Assembly (NCBI GenBank): GCA_035623825.1
Contig: DASPSR010000005.1
Span: forward strand, 18,313-82,312
Direction of reading: 5' to 3'
Length of the DNA: 64,000 nt
DNA from: Nitrospirota bacterium
GTDB lineage: Bacteria > Nitrospirota > UBA9217
Shown: in pieces, positions 1 through 12,586 of the stretch
Layout of the letters: every line of letters begins with the position of its first letter
How positions within the stretch are numbered: the stretch's first letter is position 1
Position numbers and translations under genes: made by a program
The notes under the pieces: model-generated
Database searches by the model: none
What the model saw: only the letters and a program-made list of their open reading frames with translations
What the model was told of the DNA's origin: nothing

Positions 1-242
1 TCGCCGTGGGGATGATACTTCTTCAAGACCTCCCCCACAACGCCGGCGCTCTTGGAATACTTTTTATTATGCAGAAGACCTTCGCGGAACATGGCATAGA
101 GGATTCGCCGGTGCACGGGCTTCAAACCGTCGCGCACATCCGGCAGCGCTCGTCCCACGATCACGCTCATGGAGTAGTCAAGGTACGAGGTCTTCATCTC
201 CTGTTCGATATTGATCTGTGATCTTATTTCTTGGGGTTCCAT
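1..242 (-). CDS. gyrA: DNA gyrase subunit A, 5' part (runs off window start)
   Basis: Manual translation from ATG at 242: [48 protein letters not shown]...KYHPHGD; directly downstream of gyrB. Confidence 0.95.
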   Translation of the reverse strand, partial: MEPQEIRSQINIEQEMKTSYLDYSMSVIVGRALPDVRDGLKPVHRRILYAMFREGLLHNKKYSKSAGVVGEVLKKYHPHG

Positions 243-338
243 ATAGTCGTTGAAAACTCAAAATAGAAAATATCAATGATAAAATTGCATTATTGATACG
301 CTCTTTTCAGACGTGTGTTTTAACTTGCTTGAATGTTA

Positions 339-2788
<2,450 letters not shown>

Positions 2789-2927
2789 ACCGCCAAAAGC
2801 GAGTTCCAATATACAACAAAATACACCAAATAATTTCCAACATCCGGAAAATACTTTTCAACCTCTTCTGTCTCTTACAAATCGGATATTGGAATTGATT
2901 TGCTATTTGGTGCCTGTGATTTGTTCA

Positions 2928-4043
2928 TTACACGCGCATAGGCATGACAACACACTTGTAGTTTTCGTCGCCCACTTCCTTGATCAAGCACGGACTCAGG
3001 GGGTCGTTCAGCTCCAGCGTTATGTTCTGTCGGTCCATGGCCGTAAGGACGTCCAGAAGGTAGCGGGAGTTGAACCCGATCGTGATCTCTTCGCCTTTGT
3101 AATCAATCGCCAGCTCTTCGTTCGCCTCTCCCACTTCCGGGTTGTTCGTGGAGAGAATGAGCATGCCCTTATCAAGCTGCAGTTTCACGGCGTTCGTCTT
3201 TTCTTTGGACAGGATCGAAACGCGCTTTACGGCGTGAGTGAGAATGTCTTTTTCAACCATGACCATCTTCGTGTTCTTCGCAGGCACCACCTGGATATAG
3301 TTCGGATAGTTGCCATCGATGAGCTTCGACACCATGACCAGCCCATCCCGCTTGAACAACGCATGGTTCTTACTGAAACCAAGACGCAATTCTGCTTGGG
3401 ACGAGTCTTCCTCAAGGAGCCGCCGGAGCTCCATCATCGCCTTCTTGGGGATGATCATGCTCTCTTCCTTGTGCTTCGCATCTACAACCCTATCGATCAT
3501 GGAAAGCCGGTGTCCATCGGTACCGACCATGCGGATATTGAGGCCGTTCTTTGCCTGAGTCATCTGGACGAACAGTCCGTTCAACACATAACGGGCATCG
3601 TTCTCCCCGACCGCATAGAGCGTCTTTTTTATCATCTCCCGAAGCGTCTCGCCTTCAATTGCGATCATGCCCTCTTCTGCGACATCGGGAAGCGACGGGT
3701 ACTCGTCCTTGGGAAGAGCCACAAGCTTGAACTGCGAACGACCGGACTTTATCTTGACCCAGTTGCCATCCTCAACCTTGATCTGAATTTCTTCGGCAGG
3801 CAGCTCACGTACAATCTCATACATCTTTTTGGCCGACACTGTAACGGCTCCCGGTATTTCGACGTCTGCAGCGTACCGGCCCCGAAGCCCGATTTCCAGG
3901 TCCGTAGCGATTATCTCCACACCGCCACCGTCAGCTGTTAGAAGCATGTTCGAGAGGATGGGCATGGTGTTTTTCTTTTCCACGACCCCCTGAATTCTCT
4001 GCAGGCCTTTAAGGATTTCTTCTTTCTTGATTTTCAGTTTCAT
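2928..4043 (-). CDS. dnaN: DNA polymerase III beta sliding clamp
   Basis: 371 aa; MPILSN, ATDLEI, GTDGHRL, IDGNYPNY, C-terminal VVMPMR; downstream of dnaA. Confidence 0.97.
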   Translation of the reverse strand: MKLKIKKEEILKGLQRIQGVVEKKNTMPILSNMLLTADGGGVEIIATDLEIGLRGRYAADVEIPGAVTVSAKKMYEIVRELPAEEIQIKVEDGNWVKIKSGRSQFKLVALPKDEYPSLPDVAEEGMIAIEGETLREMIKKTLYAVGENDARYVLNGLFVQMTQAKNGLNIRMVGTDGHRLSMIDRVVDAKHKEESMIIPKKAMMELRRLLEEDSSQAELRLGFSKNHALFKRDGLVMVSKLIDGNYPNYIQVVPAKNTKMVMVEKDILTHAVKRVSILSKEKTNAVKLQLDKGMLILSTNNPEVGEANEELAIDYKGEEITIGFNSRYLLDVLTAMDRQNITLELNDPLSPCLIKEVGDENYKCVVMPMRV

Positions 4044-4129
4044 CGGGGAAGCCTCCAGTAATATTCAGAAATAGTATCAGAAACCCCGCCAAATAGCAAT
4101 ACATTTTTTTGCCGCTTTATCTTTTATTT

Positions 4130-5458
4130 TCAAAGTCTTAATTGCTTAATCAACATCTCAATTCTTGCTCGGAGTTCTGCGTCTTTTTCTTTCTTTTCCT
4201 CAATCACTTTACAGGCGTGGATCACAGTACTGTGGTCCTTTCCGCCAAAGAAGTTGCCAGTTTCCGGGAGCGAAGATCCAATCAGAGTTCTGCATAGATA
4301 CATGGCCACCTGCCTCGGCAGGACCACCGTCTTTGTACGACGTTTGGATTTTAAGTCTGAAATTTTTACTCCGAACGATTCGGCAACGACCTTCTGCACG
4401 AGCTCGTTGGTTATGACCCGGTTCTTGCTGTCAATAAGATATTTAAGTTCGTTCTTCGCCAAGTCCTGCGTTATCTCCGTGTTCGTTAGAGACGAAACGG
4501 CGCCGAGTTTTACAAGCCCCCCTTCGAGCTCCCGAATGTTACTTCTCATCATGGAGGCGAGAAATTCGGCCACATCGTCGGGGAGGCGGATTCCCCAAAA
4601 ATCTGCCTTTTTCTTGAGAATGGCTATCCTCGTCTCCAGATCCGGCGGCTGGATATCGGAAATCAGACCGGACTCGAACCGCGAGCGGAGCCGCTCCTCG
4701 ATGTCTGGGATCTCCTTGGGCTGGCGGTCGCTCGTAAGCACAATCTGCTTCTGCGCTTCATAGAGAGCATTGAACGTGTGGAAGAATTCCTCCTGCGTAC
4801 GCTCCTTTCCAGCGATGAACTGTATGTCATCAATGAGCAGAATATCCATGTTCCGATACTTCTGTCGGAACTCTTCCATGCGCTGGTTGCTCATACGACT
4901 GATGAGCTCGTTCGTGAAATCCTCCGACGATAGGTACGCCACCTTCATGCGCGGTGACTTGCTCTGAATGTGGTGGCCAATGGCGTTGACCAGGTGTGTC
5001 TTGCCCAGTCCTACTCCGCTGTAAATGAAGAGAGGATTGTACGTCCTGCCCGGTGCATCAGCGACGGCCCTGGCTGCCGCGTGTGCGAACTGGTTGCTCG
5101 GACCAACCACAAAGTTGTTAAAAGTGTACTTCTTCTCGAACAGGCCGATTTTTTCTTCGCGCCCCTCTTTATTTTCATTTTTCATCTGCCTTGTCGCTTT
5201 TTTCGGTTCCTGGGGCTGTACGAAGAATTCAATTTCAACGTCGTTTCGCTTCGTTATTTCACTGATGACATCTGTTAATGTTTCCCAGTGATGCTCCTTT
5301 ATCCAGTCCCTATGAAACTTACTTGGCACCTCGATAATTAATTTGCTACCATCAAAGGACTGGAACTTGGTCTGGCTAAACCAAGTATCGTAACCCTGCT
5401 TGGACATTCGATTTTCTATGAGTAAAAGTATCTCTTCCCAAACCCGTTCCTGATCCAT
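4130..5458 (-). CDS. dnaA: Chromosomal replication initiator DnaA
   Basis: YTFNNFV, YNPLFIYSGVGLGKTHL Walker A, LLIDDIQF, RSRFESG, GGKDHSTV domain IV; ATG at 5458 chosen. Confidence 0.98.
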   Translation of the reverse strand: MDQERVWEEILLLIENRMSKQGYDTWFSQTKFQSFDGSKLIIEVPSKFHRDWIKEHHWETLTDVISEITKRNDVEIEFFVQPQEPKKATRQMKNENKEGREEKIGLFEKKYTFNNFVVGPSNQFAHAAARAVADAPGRTYNPLFIYSGVGLGKTHLVNAIGHHIQSKSPRMKVAYLSSEDFTNELISRMSNQRMEEFRQKYRNMDILLIDDIQFIAGKERTQEEFFHTFNALYEAQKQIVLTSDRQPKEIPDIEERLRSRFESGLISDIQPPDLETRIAILKKKADFWGIRLPDDVAEFLASMMRSNIRELEGGLVKLGAVSSLTNTEITQDLAKNELKYLIDSKNRVITNELVQKVVAESFGVKISDLKSKRRTKTVVLPRQVAMYLCRTLIGSSLPETGNFFGGKDHSTVIHACKVIEEKKEKDAELRARIEMLIKQLRL

Positions 5459-5496
5459 AAAAAACCTCGAAAAAAAAATTCCAGTTACAAACATAC

Positions 5497-5516
5497 TTAT
5501 CCACAGGTGTGGATAG
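5497..5516. promoter_or_regulatory. Inverted pair of DnaA boxes in the dnaA leader (autoregulation or oriC sub-region)
   Basis: TTATCCACA (5497-5505, perfect) gg TGTGGATAG (5508-5516, one mismatch). Confidence 0.85.
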
Positions 5517-5682
5517 TTCGTTTAATCGTTTATTTTCAAGACGTTAATCGTCCGCTCGGAGGCTTATTATCCGCTTTTTTTAGCCCTATTTTTGCTGGAT
5601 TTTGTAAGTTCCATGAGGATTGAGATAAGCATAACTTTTGCAAATTTCTAGCAAGATACCCTGTCAGCAAGACGAAAACTTG

Positions 5683-5711
5683 ACTATACCAGAACACGAC
5701 CATTCTGGCAA
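5683..5711 (-). promoter_or_regulatory. sigma70-type promoter for dnaA
   Basis: Minus strand TTGCCA-17 nt-TATAGT with TG extension. Confidence 0.65.
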
Positions 5712-5944
5712 GGTCTTTTTATTTTACCAAAGACCATTTGCTGTGAGTCAAACTAAGTTCGTATAACGCACAAAAAAATAAGTCCGTTGATTGTCGCTTT
5801 CTCTTGTTCCGCTTCTTTTCTGCCCAAATTACTTTTTTGCCCGCGTACAATCTCTTAGCGAATCTCCGGTAAGACGGGGGATCATTTTGCAGGTGGTAGG
5901 TTAGAACTTGCGTGCTACGAGGTACCCTATATATAAAAAATTGC

Positions 5945-5974
5945 TTGACTTCGAAACTTTATCTGTTATATATT
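5945..5974 (+). promoter_or_regulatory. sigma70-type promoter for tusA-dsrE2
   Basis: TTGACT followed after 16-18 nt by TATATA/TATATT. Confidence 0.5.
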
Positions 5975-6030
5975 AAAACGGTCGTCTCAGTTTGGTATTG
6001 GCAAATAATGTAAGGGAGGTGATACATCAT

Positions 6031-6273
6031 ATGTCAGCAGAAGTAAAGGTCGACCAGATTTTGGACTGCAAAGGAATGAGCTGCCCTCTACCCATATTAA
6101 AAACCAAAAAGGCCGTTGAATCGCTCACAAAAGGTCAAGTGCTAAAGGTTTTAACTACGGATCCGGGCTCTAAGAACGACATGAGCTCCTGGGCAAAAAG
6201 GACAGGTAACGAAATCCTCAATGTGGAAGAAGGCTCCGGCACGTTCACCTTTTATATCAAAAAGACCTCATAA
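6031..6273 (+). CDS. tusA: TusA-family sulfur carrier protein
   Basis: LDCKGMSCPLP (CPxP) motif, 80 aa, SD GGAGGT upstream of ATG 6031. Confidence 0.88.
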   Translation: MSAEVKVDQILDCKGMSCPLPILKTKKAVESLTKGQVLKVLTTDPGSKNDMSSWAKRTGNEILNVEEGSGTFTFYIKKTS

Positions 6274-6286
6274 AGGAGATCCGATC

Positions 6287-6760
6287 ATGTCTCAGAATAA
6301 GATGACGATTATTGCATCGAAAGGTTCGCTGGACATGGCTTATCCGCCCTTGATCCTCGCCACCACTGCAGCGGCAATGGATTTTGATGTTACGATATTT
6401 TTCACGTTCTTCGGACTTGACATAATCAAAAAAGGATACGCAGATAAACTAAAAATTGCGCCTATCGGAAACCCTGCCATGCCGATGCCGGTGCCGATTC
6501 CAACGCTCGTCGGATCACTTCCCGGAATGGAGGCTATAGCGACTGCTATGATGAAGTCCATGTTTAAGAAACACGGCGTCGCGACCATCAGCCAGTTGCT
6601 CGACCTTGCCAAGGAAAGCGGCGTAAAACTTATTGCGTGCCAGATGACCATGGATGTGATGGGCGTTAAGCAGTCGGACATCATTGATGGTGTCGAGTTT
6701 GGCGGCGCCGCCATGTGGATGGATTCTGCAACGGACGCGAAGATTAATCTGTTCATCTAG
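6287..6760 (+). CDS. DsrE2-like (DsrE/DsrF/DrsH-like) sulfurtransferase
   Basis: SKGSLDMAYPPLILATTAAA, FFTFFGL, IACQMTMDVMG; SD AAGGAG; follows tusA. Confidence 0.85.
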   Translation: MSQNKMTIIASKGSLDMAYPPLILATTAAAMDFDVTIFFTFFGLDIIKKGYADKLKIAPIGNPAMPMPVPIPTLVGSLPGMEAIATAMMKSMFKKHGVATISQLLDLAKESGVKLIACQMTMDVMGVKQSDIIDGVEFGGAAMWMDSATDAKINLFI

Positions 6761-6804
6761 TGCGGTTTGGAAATCACTCCTGAAGTGCCAAGCTGTTTTT
6801 CGTC

Positions 6805-6834
6805 AAAAACCGGTTCATCAAGGAACCGGTTTTT
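6805..6834 (+). terminator. Intrinsic (possibly bidirectional) terminator after dsrE2
   Basis: AAAAACCGGTTC-atcaag-GAACCGGTTTTT perfect inverted repeat. Confidence 0.75.
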
Positions 6835-6905
6835 CATTTTGACTATTCCGTTCTTTTTTACAGGTCTGGACATTTATTCATATTTATGCTAAAAGGTCGT
6901 TACTA

Positions 6906-7262
6906 ATGCAAATTCCCGATAACCTCAAATACGATGAAAAAGGCCTCATCCCTGCCGTAATACAGGACTGGAAGACCGGCGAGGTCTTGATGGTGGCATA
7001 CATGAACGCCGATTCACTAAAAAGGACAGTGGAGAGCGGCCTCACATGGTTCTGGAGCCGTTCACGTCAGAAGTTCTGGCAAAAGGGCGAGACATCAGGC
7101 AATGTGCAGCGCGTGAAGGACATTTTATATGACTGTGACCAGGACACCCTGCTCGTAAAGGTTGAGCAGGCTGGTCCGGCCTGCCATACCGGGGAGCGGA
7201 GCTGCTTTTTTAGAAGTTTTTCTGGACAACGGGATGGAGGAAAAAATGGAGGAAAAAAGTGA
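6906..7262 (+). CDS. hisI: Phosphoribosyl-AMP cyclohydrolase
   Basis: [41 protein letters not shown]. Confidence 0.95.
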   Translation: MQIPDNLKYDEKGLIPAVIQDWKTGEVLMVAYMNADSLKRTVESGLTWFWSRSRQKFWQKGETSGNVQRVKDILYDCDQDTLLVKVEQAGPACHTGERSCFFRSFSGQRDGGKNGGKK

Positions 7263-7612
7263 GTTCCGACCAAAACTGTATTTTCTGTAAAATCATCGGA
7301 AAAAAGATACAGTCAAATATTATCCATGAGGACGATTATTCTGTAGCATTTGAAGACATTAACCCCCAGGCGCCGGTGCATTCGCTCATAGTCCCCAAAA
7401 AACATATCGCAGATATTCACAGCATAACGGTCGCGGATCGCGAACTCATCGGCCATCTGTTCTTTGTGGCGCGGTCTATAGCTGCTCAGAAGGGGCTTGA
7501 AAAGAACGGGTATCGGATGGTCATTAATAACGGCCGCGGCGCCGGGCAAACGGTGTTTCACCTTCATCTCCATCTCCTGTCCGGCCGCAGGTTCGCATGG
7601 CCTCCAGGATAA
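7259..7612 (+). CDS. HIT-family (HinT-like) nucleotide-binding protein
   Basis: [27 protein letters not shown] histidine triad, WPPG end. Confidence 0.93.
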   Translation: MSSDQNCIFCKIIGKKIQSNIIHEDDYSVAFEDINPQAPVHSLIVPKKHIADIHSITVADRELIGHLFFVARSIAAQKGLEKNGYRMVINNGRGAGQTVFHLHLHLLSGRRFAWPPG

Positions 7613-8073
7613 TAACAACTCCTTGTTAAAAACGATTTCATAAATTGTTAAAAACATTTCTTGTTCGTTATTAACACTCATTTCCATTGATACTAACACA
7701 GATAAGAGATATTTTTCATCCCTGCTTTTGCCTTCTCTTTCAAGCCGTTGTCTCTGCTTCTCACATATCCACAGCCCCTATTACTACTACTACTAATTTT
7801 ATTTAATATATAATACTAGTCATTACGTCTGGGGCACCTGTGGAACTACTCTCATTTACACAACGTACTTGAAGAACCCAGTGTATTATTTCGATTCTTT
7901 TATAGAGCAAATTCCGCTAAAAGCATGCGTTTTAAAACCTGATAAAAACCGGACATTTGGATAATAACCTGTCAATTCCATATCCTCGTGAAAAAAACTG
8001 TTCTCCGCAGGACATATACCACAAAACATATGTCATTTACAGACGAAGCAAAACATGGTATAAAATCTCTGCT
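7613..8073. other. Probable oriC core: AT-rich intergenic region with degenerate DnaA boxes and a DnaA-trio unwinding module
   Basis: CTTCTCACA/ATATCCACA overlapping boxes (7757-7773), GCCCC, TAT-TAC-TAC-TAC-TAC-TAA (7779-7796), AT cluster to ~7815; additional boxes TTATTAACA 7668, TTTGGATAA 7956, TTGTTAAAAAC x2 (7623, 7645). Confidence 0.8.
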
Positions 8074-8649
8074 ATGAAGAACGTTGCTAATTTTCTGTTC
8101 GAGGCGGGAATGCTCAAACGAACGCCCCGGAGCGGTTTCCAATTCCTGGGTACCGGCGCTGAGTCAGTGGCGGAGCACATATTCAGAACTTCCTACATCG
8201 GATATGCGCTTGGAAAATTAACAAAGACCGTTAATATTGATCGCTTAATCAAAATGTGTCTGTTCCACGATCTACCGGAAGCGCGGACTGGTGACCTAAA
8301 CTATGTGAACAAAAAATATGTGGACGCGCATGAGAAGAAGGCTGTCGAAGACCTTGCCCTGACATTGCCCTTCGGCAACGAGATACAAGAATTAATACTG
8401 GAATTCATTGAGGGAAAAACAGAAGAAGCAAAGCTGGCGCGCGACGCGGACCAACTCGAGATGATCCTCGCGCTCAAGGAGTACAAAGATGTTGGAAACA
8501 GTTACGCCGATGAATGGCTTGAGTTCTCTCTCAAACGGCTCCAAACGGATACGGCCCGCGAGCTTGCTAAAGTCATACTTGAAACAGACTCATCGCTCTG
8601 GTGGTTCAGCGACAAGGGAGACTGGTGGGTGAGTGGCGGCAAGCGATAG
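8074..8649 (+). CDS. HD-domain 5'-deoxynucleotidase-like protein (YfbR/HDDC2 family)
   Basis: LKRTPRSGF, ESVAEH, CLFHDLPEARTGD, DADQLE; ATG 8074. Confidence 0.85.
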   Translation: MKNVANFLFEAGMLKRTPRSGFQFLGTGAESVAEHIFRTSYIGYALGKLTKTVNIDRLIKMCLFHDLPEARTGDLNYVNKKYVDAHEKKAVEDLALTLPFGNEIQELILEFIEGKTEEAKLARDADQLEMILALKEYKDVGNSYADEWLEFSLKRLQTDTARELAKVILETDSSLWWFSDKGDWWVSGGKR

Positions 8650-9288
8650 CAATCGCCGATATGCCTGATCTGTCGTTGTGGTGCCGGAAATTTCGAGCCG
8701 GTAGACAACGCATCCTTTTTTTTCGAAGTGTTTTATGAGCGGTGCGGTTCTCTCCTGGAATATTGACAGTTTTTTCTCTATCAATTCCCTTTCGTCATCA
8801 GTACGATCTAACCTGTCCCCGCCCACATTCTCACGGATGCGACAGAAAACGGAGTCTGCGGAACAATCGAGAACAATGAGCGCATGAATATCAGCGATTC
8901 GCGCAATGTCGTGTGCCTGACCAACGTGGCGCGGAATGCCGTTAAGGACGAGAACATCGCGTTGCGAGAATCCTACCCTGCCCAAGAACAGAGATATGAT
9001 CTTTTCTGCTAGGGTGAAGTGCTTGTTTTCAAGCAAGAGGCCGCGCTCGAGAACGCCATGGATGAAATCGAGATCCTCACTGGAGTACTCGGCAGAGACC
9101 GTCCCGAATGATTCGACAAGGCGGAGTTCTGACCCGAAATCGAGGTGGTGGCACTGGCGTCCGAACAAGCCGTTGTTCGCAAGGGTATCACCGAGCGGGC
9201 TCTTCCCAACGCCGGTTGGGCCGAGGAGAAGGATAGAGTCAACGGGGTATTTGTACGAAGTATTCATTATTGAGGAAACGCTATCCAT
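8590..9288 (-). CDS. Adenylate kinase-like nucleoside monophosphate kinase (start uncertain, possibly 9267)
   Basis: LLLGPTGVGKS P-loop, LNGIPR, RTDD LID-like motif; 3' end overlaps the HD gene by 60 nt. Confidence 0.75.
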   Translation of the reverse strand: MDSVSSIMNTSYKYPVDSILLLGPTGVGKSPLGDTLANNGLFGRQCHHLDFGSELRLVESFGTVSAEYSSEDLDFIHGVLERGLLLENKHFTLAEKIISLFLGRVGFSQRDVLVLNGIPRHVGQAHDIARIADIHALIVLDCSADSVFCRIRENVGGDRLDRTDDERELIEKKLSIFQERTAPLIKHFEKKGCVVYRLEISGTTTTDQAYRRLLSLAATHPPVSLVAEPPER

Positions 9289-9380
9289 CGATGACGTTTA
9301 AAGTAAATCCCCAGCTGTTGTTCCGCCAGACATGATCACCTGCAGCGCTTGTTACAAAAGGATTCGCCCGATACGCATTT

Positions 9381-9815
9381 TCATCTTCCGTAATGCTTTC
9401 TCTTGAGGCTTTCAAGAGTCTTTTTCGAGGCAATCGAAAGATTAGCAACTGGAATCTGATCTAACCCGAACCATCCGATCTCATCACACTTGAGCGGTTC
9501 CCTGATATGGGGCGTACCGCCCATCACCCTGCAGATGTACACCGGCGAAACCCAGTGTTGGTTTTCATACGGTATGATGTGATCAACAACGTCGAGGAGT
9601 TTCTCAACCTTGATCTCGAGTCCATATTCTTCCGCGATCTCCCGCACGAGGGCATGCACGAGCGTCTCGCCAAATTCTACGCTGCCGCCTGGAAATTCCC
9701 ACTGATCCCTCTCGTTCCTCGCTTCTGCTCCTCGTTTGGCGAGGAAGATCCTCCCTTTTTCGTCAAAAATGACCGCGCCCACGCCAACGCCGATATAGTC
9801 AATGCCAACTCTCAT
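9381..9815 (-). CDS. NUDIX hydrolase
   Basis: Nudix box WEFPGGSVEFGETLVHALVREIAEEYGL. Confidence 0.9.
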   Translation of the reverse strand: MRVGIDYIGVGVGAVIFDEKGRIFLAKRGAEARNERDQWEFPGGSVEFGETLVHALVREIAEEYGLEIKVEKLLDVVDHIIPYENQHWVSPVYICRVMGGTPHIREPLKCDEIGWFGLDQIPVANLSIASKKTLESLKRKHYGR

Positions 9816-9890
9816 ATCATTTCACGAAGATGTAATACACTACCAAAAAAGGCCTTCAAAGTCAAAGCTGTGAATAAGGCAGGTTTTTGC

Positions 9891-9918
9891 TTGACTTATT
9901 TATCGTTTTGATTATAAT
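9891..9918 (+). promoter_or_regulatory. sigma70-type promoter for the rpmH operon
   Basis: TTGACT-16 nt-TATAAT. Confidence 0.7.
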
Positions 9919-9976
9919 ACGCCTCTATCCATACATAATACTTTTAACAGCGCAATTTATTGAAGGAGCCGGTACC

Positions 9977-10114
9977 ATGTCAGAGACAACAGCACAAAAA
10001 AGCAACCTCAAGCAGAAGCGGCTTCAGGGCTTCAGGAAACGGATGAGTACTGCCGGTGGCAGGAAGACCATAAACCGCCGCAGGTCAAAGGGCAGAAAGC
10101 GTCTCGCTGTTTAA
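9977..10114 (+). CDS. rpmH: 50S ribosomal protein L34
   Basis: 45 aa, [26 protein letters not shown]; SD AAGGAG; first gene of rpmH-rnpA-yidD-yidC. Confidence 0.92.
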   Translation: MSETTAQKSNLKQKRLQGFRKRMSTAGGRKTINRRRSKGRKRLAV

Positions 10115-10130
10115 TTCCGCGCGGTCGGAT

Positions 10131-10502
10131 GTGATGCCGTACGCATACAGAAAAAGCGAGCGTTTACGGAAAAAGAAAGAGTTCGTTTCGGCCATGAAAG
10201 GAAAAAGACTGTCAGTTGACGGTCTTTCTCTTTTTTATGCGAAGAATGATAAGGGTAATTTCCGAGTAGGTATCTCCGTCAGCAAGAAGATGGCGAACGC
10301 AGTCAAAAGAAACAGATTGAGACGCCAGATTAGGGACTGCATACAGAGGGTGTTGAAAGATTACGCGGCAGGTTATGACTTGGTGTTCGTAGTGCGTCAT
10401 GAGCTCACCGCAGTCGACTACGGACAGATTCTGAGGACTGTCGAAACCGCCCTATGGAGGGCGGTCCTTCGCAGCTTGCAGTCAGAAGGCACGTCACCGT
10501 GA
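10131..10502 (+). CDS. rnpA: Ribonuclease P protein component
   Basis: [22 protein letters not shown] motif; synteny. Confidence 0.93.
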   Translation: MMPYAYRKSERLRKKKEFVSAMKGKRLSVDGLSLFYAKNDKGNFRVGISVSKKMANAVKRNRLRRQIRDCIQRVLKDYAAGYDLVFVVRHELTAVDYGQILRTVETALWRAVLRSLQSEGTSP

Positions 10503-10708
10503 AAATAGTGTTTATCTCTATCATCCGCCTGTACCGGCATTTTCTTTCACCGCTCTTCTCGCCTGCCTGCAGGTTCGTTCCGACCTGTTCCGAGTATGCG
10601 ATTGAAGCCTTCGAAAAAAAGAGCACGATGAAAGCGATCTGGATGACGATTGTACGGATCGCGAAGTGTCACCCTTTTCACCCCGGCGGATACGATCCCG
10701 TACAATGA
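10499..10708 (+). CDS. yidD: Membrane protein insertion efficiency factor YidD
   Basis: [24 protein letters not shown]; GTG overlapping the rnpA stop. Confidence 0.93.
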   Translation: MKIVFISIIRLYRHFLSPLFSPACRFVPTCSEYAIEAFEKKSTMKAIWMTIVRIAKCHPFHPGGYDPVQ

Positions 10709-10721
10709 TTCCGGAGGATCC

Positions 10722-12389
10722 ATGGAAACACGAAGATTCATACTGGCGCTTTCCTTGTCGTTGCTGGTGTTTTGGGTCTACGTAAAGTTCTTTGCGCCCA
10801 AGCCTCCGCAAAAGCCGACGGTTACAGAGACCGCAAAGCAGGAAGAAGTGCAGGCGAAACCTGCTCCCGCTACCCCTGCCGCTAAAGCGGGTAAGATCCG
10901 GACGGCGGCAACTGGCAGGGATATCGTTGTCGAAACAGACCTCATAAAGGCTGTTGTGAATACCGCCGGCGGTGTGATCAAGCGCTGGGAGCTGAAGCGA
11001 TACCGGGAAGCGGACACAGCCGAAGTCGGCATTGGTGCACTCTGGAAGAAGATCACTGGGGAGGTCAAGAAGGCAGAGAAGCCTAAAAAAGAGCTCGGAA
11101 ACGTCCAGCTGATCGCCCATTACGATGAGCTTGCACGCGGGGAAATGGTTGCCCCGCTGACCCTGACGCCGCTCGATAAGGCACTGGAAGACATAGCGCG
11201 GGTTGAATACCGTTCTAACATCGATTCCATCAGTCTTGACAAGGATAACACGTCACAGACCTTAATCCTCACCTACACGGGCCCTGCGGGCATCACGATA
11301 GAGAAGCGCCTGACTTTTACCAACAGTGATTACAAGGTTGACATGACCATCTCGACGAAGGGGCTGGAGGGCTACCGCCTTTCGCTCGGCACGGATTTCG
11401 GCCTCGCGGACAAGATAAGCAAAGACGCGAGCGGTCGCGTCGGCATCGTCGCGCTTATCGACGGCAAAACGATCATGGAAAAGCTCGGGAGCATCAAAGA
11501 GGATGCGCAGTATTCAGGTACTATTGAATGGTTTGGCCAGGAGGACAAGTATTTTACCTCAGCAGTGCTGTACGGGGGCACGGGGATCGTCACCGCAAAA
11601 AGGGTTCCCGCTCCCAAGGACGTTGGCGACCTGCTGACCACGGACCTCACGGTAAAGGAAAAGCCCGAGTCACACGCCTTCGCCCTCTATGCCGGACCGA
11701 AGAGCTACACCCTCCTACAGGAACACGGCCACGGATTGGAGCGGATGGTAGATTATGGCTGGTTCGGCGTCCTCGCAAAACCGATGTTCTGGCTCATGAG
11801 ACAATTCTATGTAATCACGAAGAACTATGGCATCGCGATTATCCTGCTGACGATTGTCGTAAGGATCCTCCTGTTCTACCCCTCGCTCAAGAGCGCAACT
11901 GCCATGGAGGAGATGAAGAACCTTCAGCCGCAGCTAACGGCACTGAGAGAAAAGTACAAGAAAGATCCTCAGCGCATGAACCAAGAGATGATGAAGCTCT
12001 ATAAGGAACACAAGGTCAATCCGCTCGGGGGTTGCCTTCCGATGCTGCTTCAACTTCCGTTCTTTGTGGCGCTCTACAACGTGCTTTCGGTTTCCATAGA
12101 GCTTCGCCAGGCCTCTTTTATTCCCTTCTGGATCAAGGACCTTTCAGTGCATGACCCATTTTACATTCTGCCGGTTCTCATGGGCGTAAGCATGATCCTT
12201 ACAATGAAGATGACGTCAACCACGCCCGATCCATCGCAGGCCAAGATAATGATGTATATGAACATTGCGTTTATCTTTCTGTTCGCTTGGCTCCCAGCCG
12301 GACTGCTGCTCTACATCACGCTGAGCAACGTCCTTTCCATCGTGCAGCAGCTCTATGTGAAAAGAATAATCGCATCATCGAAGTCATAG
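10722..12389 (+). CDS. yidC: Membrane protein insertase YidC
   Basis: DYGWF, NYGIAIILLT, NPLGGCLPMLLQLP, PAGLLLY; SD GGAGG. Confidence 0.96.
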   Translation: METRRFILALSLSLLVFWVYVKFFAPKPPQKPTVTETAKQEEVQAKPAPATPAAKAGKIRTAATGRDIVVETDLIKAVVNTAGGVIKRWELKRYREADTAEVGIGALWKKITGEVKKAEKPKKELGNVQLIAHYDELARGEMVAPLTLTPLDKALEDIARVEYRSNIDSISLDKDNTSQTLILTYTGPAGITIEKRLTFTNSDYKVDMTISTKGLEGYRLSLGTDFGLADKISKDASGRVGIVALIDGKTIMEKLGSIKEDAQYSGTIEWFGQEDKYFTSAVLYGGTGIVTAKRVPAPKDVGDLLTTDLTVKEKPESHAFALYAGPKSYTLLQEHGHGLERMVDYGWFGVLAKPMFWLMRQFYVITKNYGIAIILLTIVVRILLFYPSLKSATAMEEMKNLQPQLTALREKYKKDPQRMNQEMMKLYKEHKVNPLGGCLPMLLQLPFFVALYNVLSVSIELRQASFIPFWIKDLSVHDPFYILPVLMGVSMILTMKMTSTTPDPSQAKIMMYMNIAFIFLFAWLPAGLLLYITLSNVLSIVQQLYVKRIIASSKS

Positions 12390-12586
12390 AGAACGCCTCT
12401 TTTATCGGTGCCGGATGGAATGCTCATGAACTTGCATGACGAGAGTCACCCCTCCAGGTGGCAAGATAAATGAACTGACCGCCACTAAATCGATGGTGCG
12501 ATTGCATTTAAGGCTAACGGAGCAGAAGCAACCGGTCCGGGGCCCGGCCGAAGTAACGCAGGGCGAGAGGGTACTGCTCGCGGGCC

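Noticed and set aside
12390-12586. GC-rich spacer after yidC considered as SRP RNA or tRNA remnant
   Set aside because: No SRP domain IV motif (CAGG..GGAA..AGCAG) and no cloverleaf could be built
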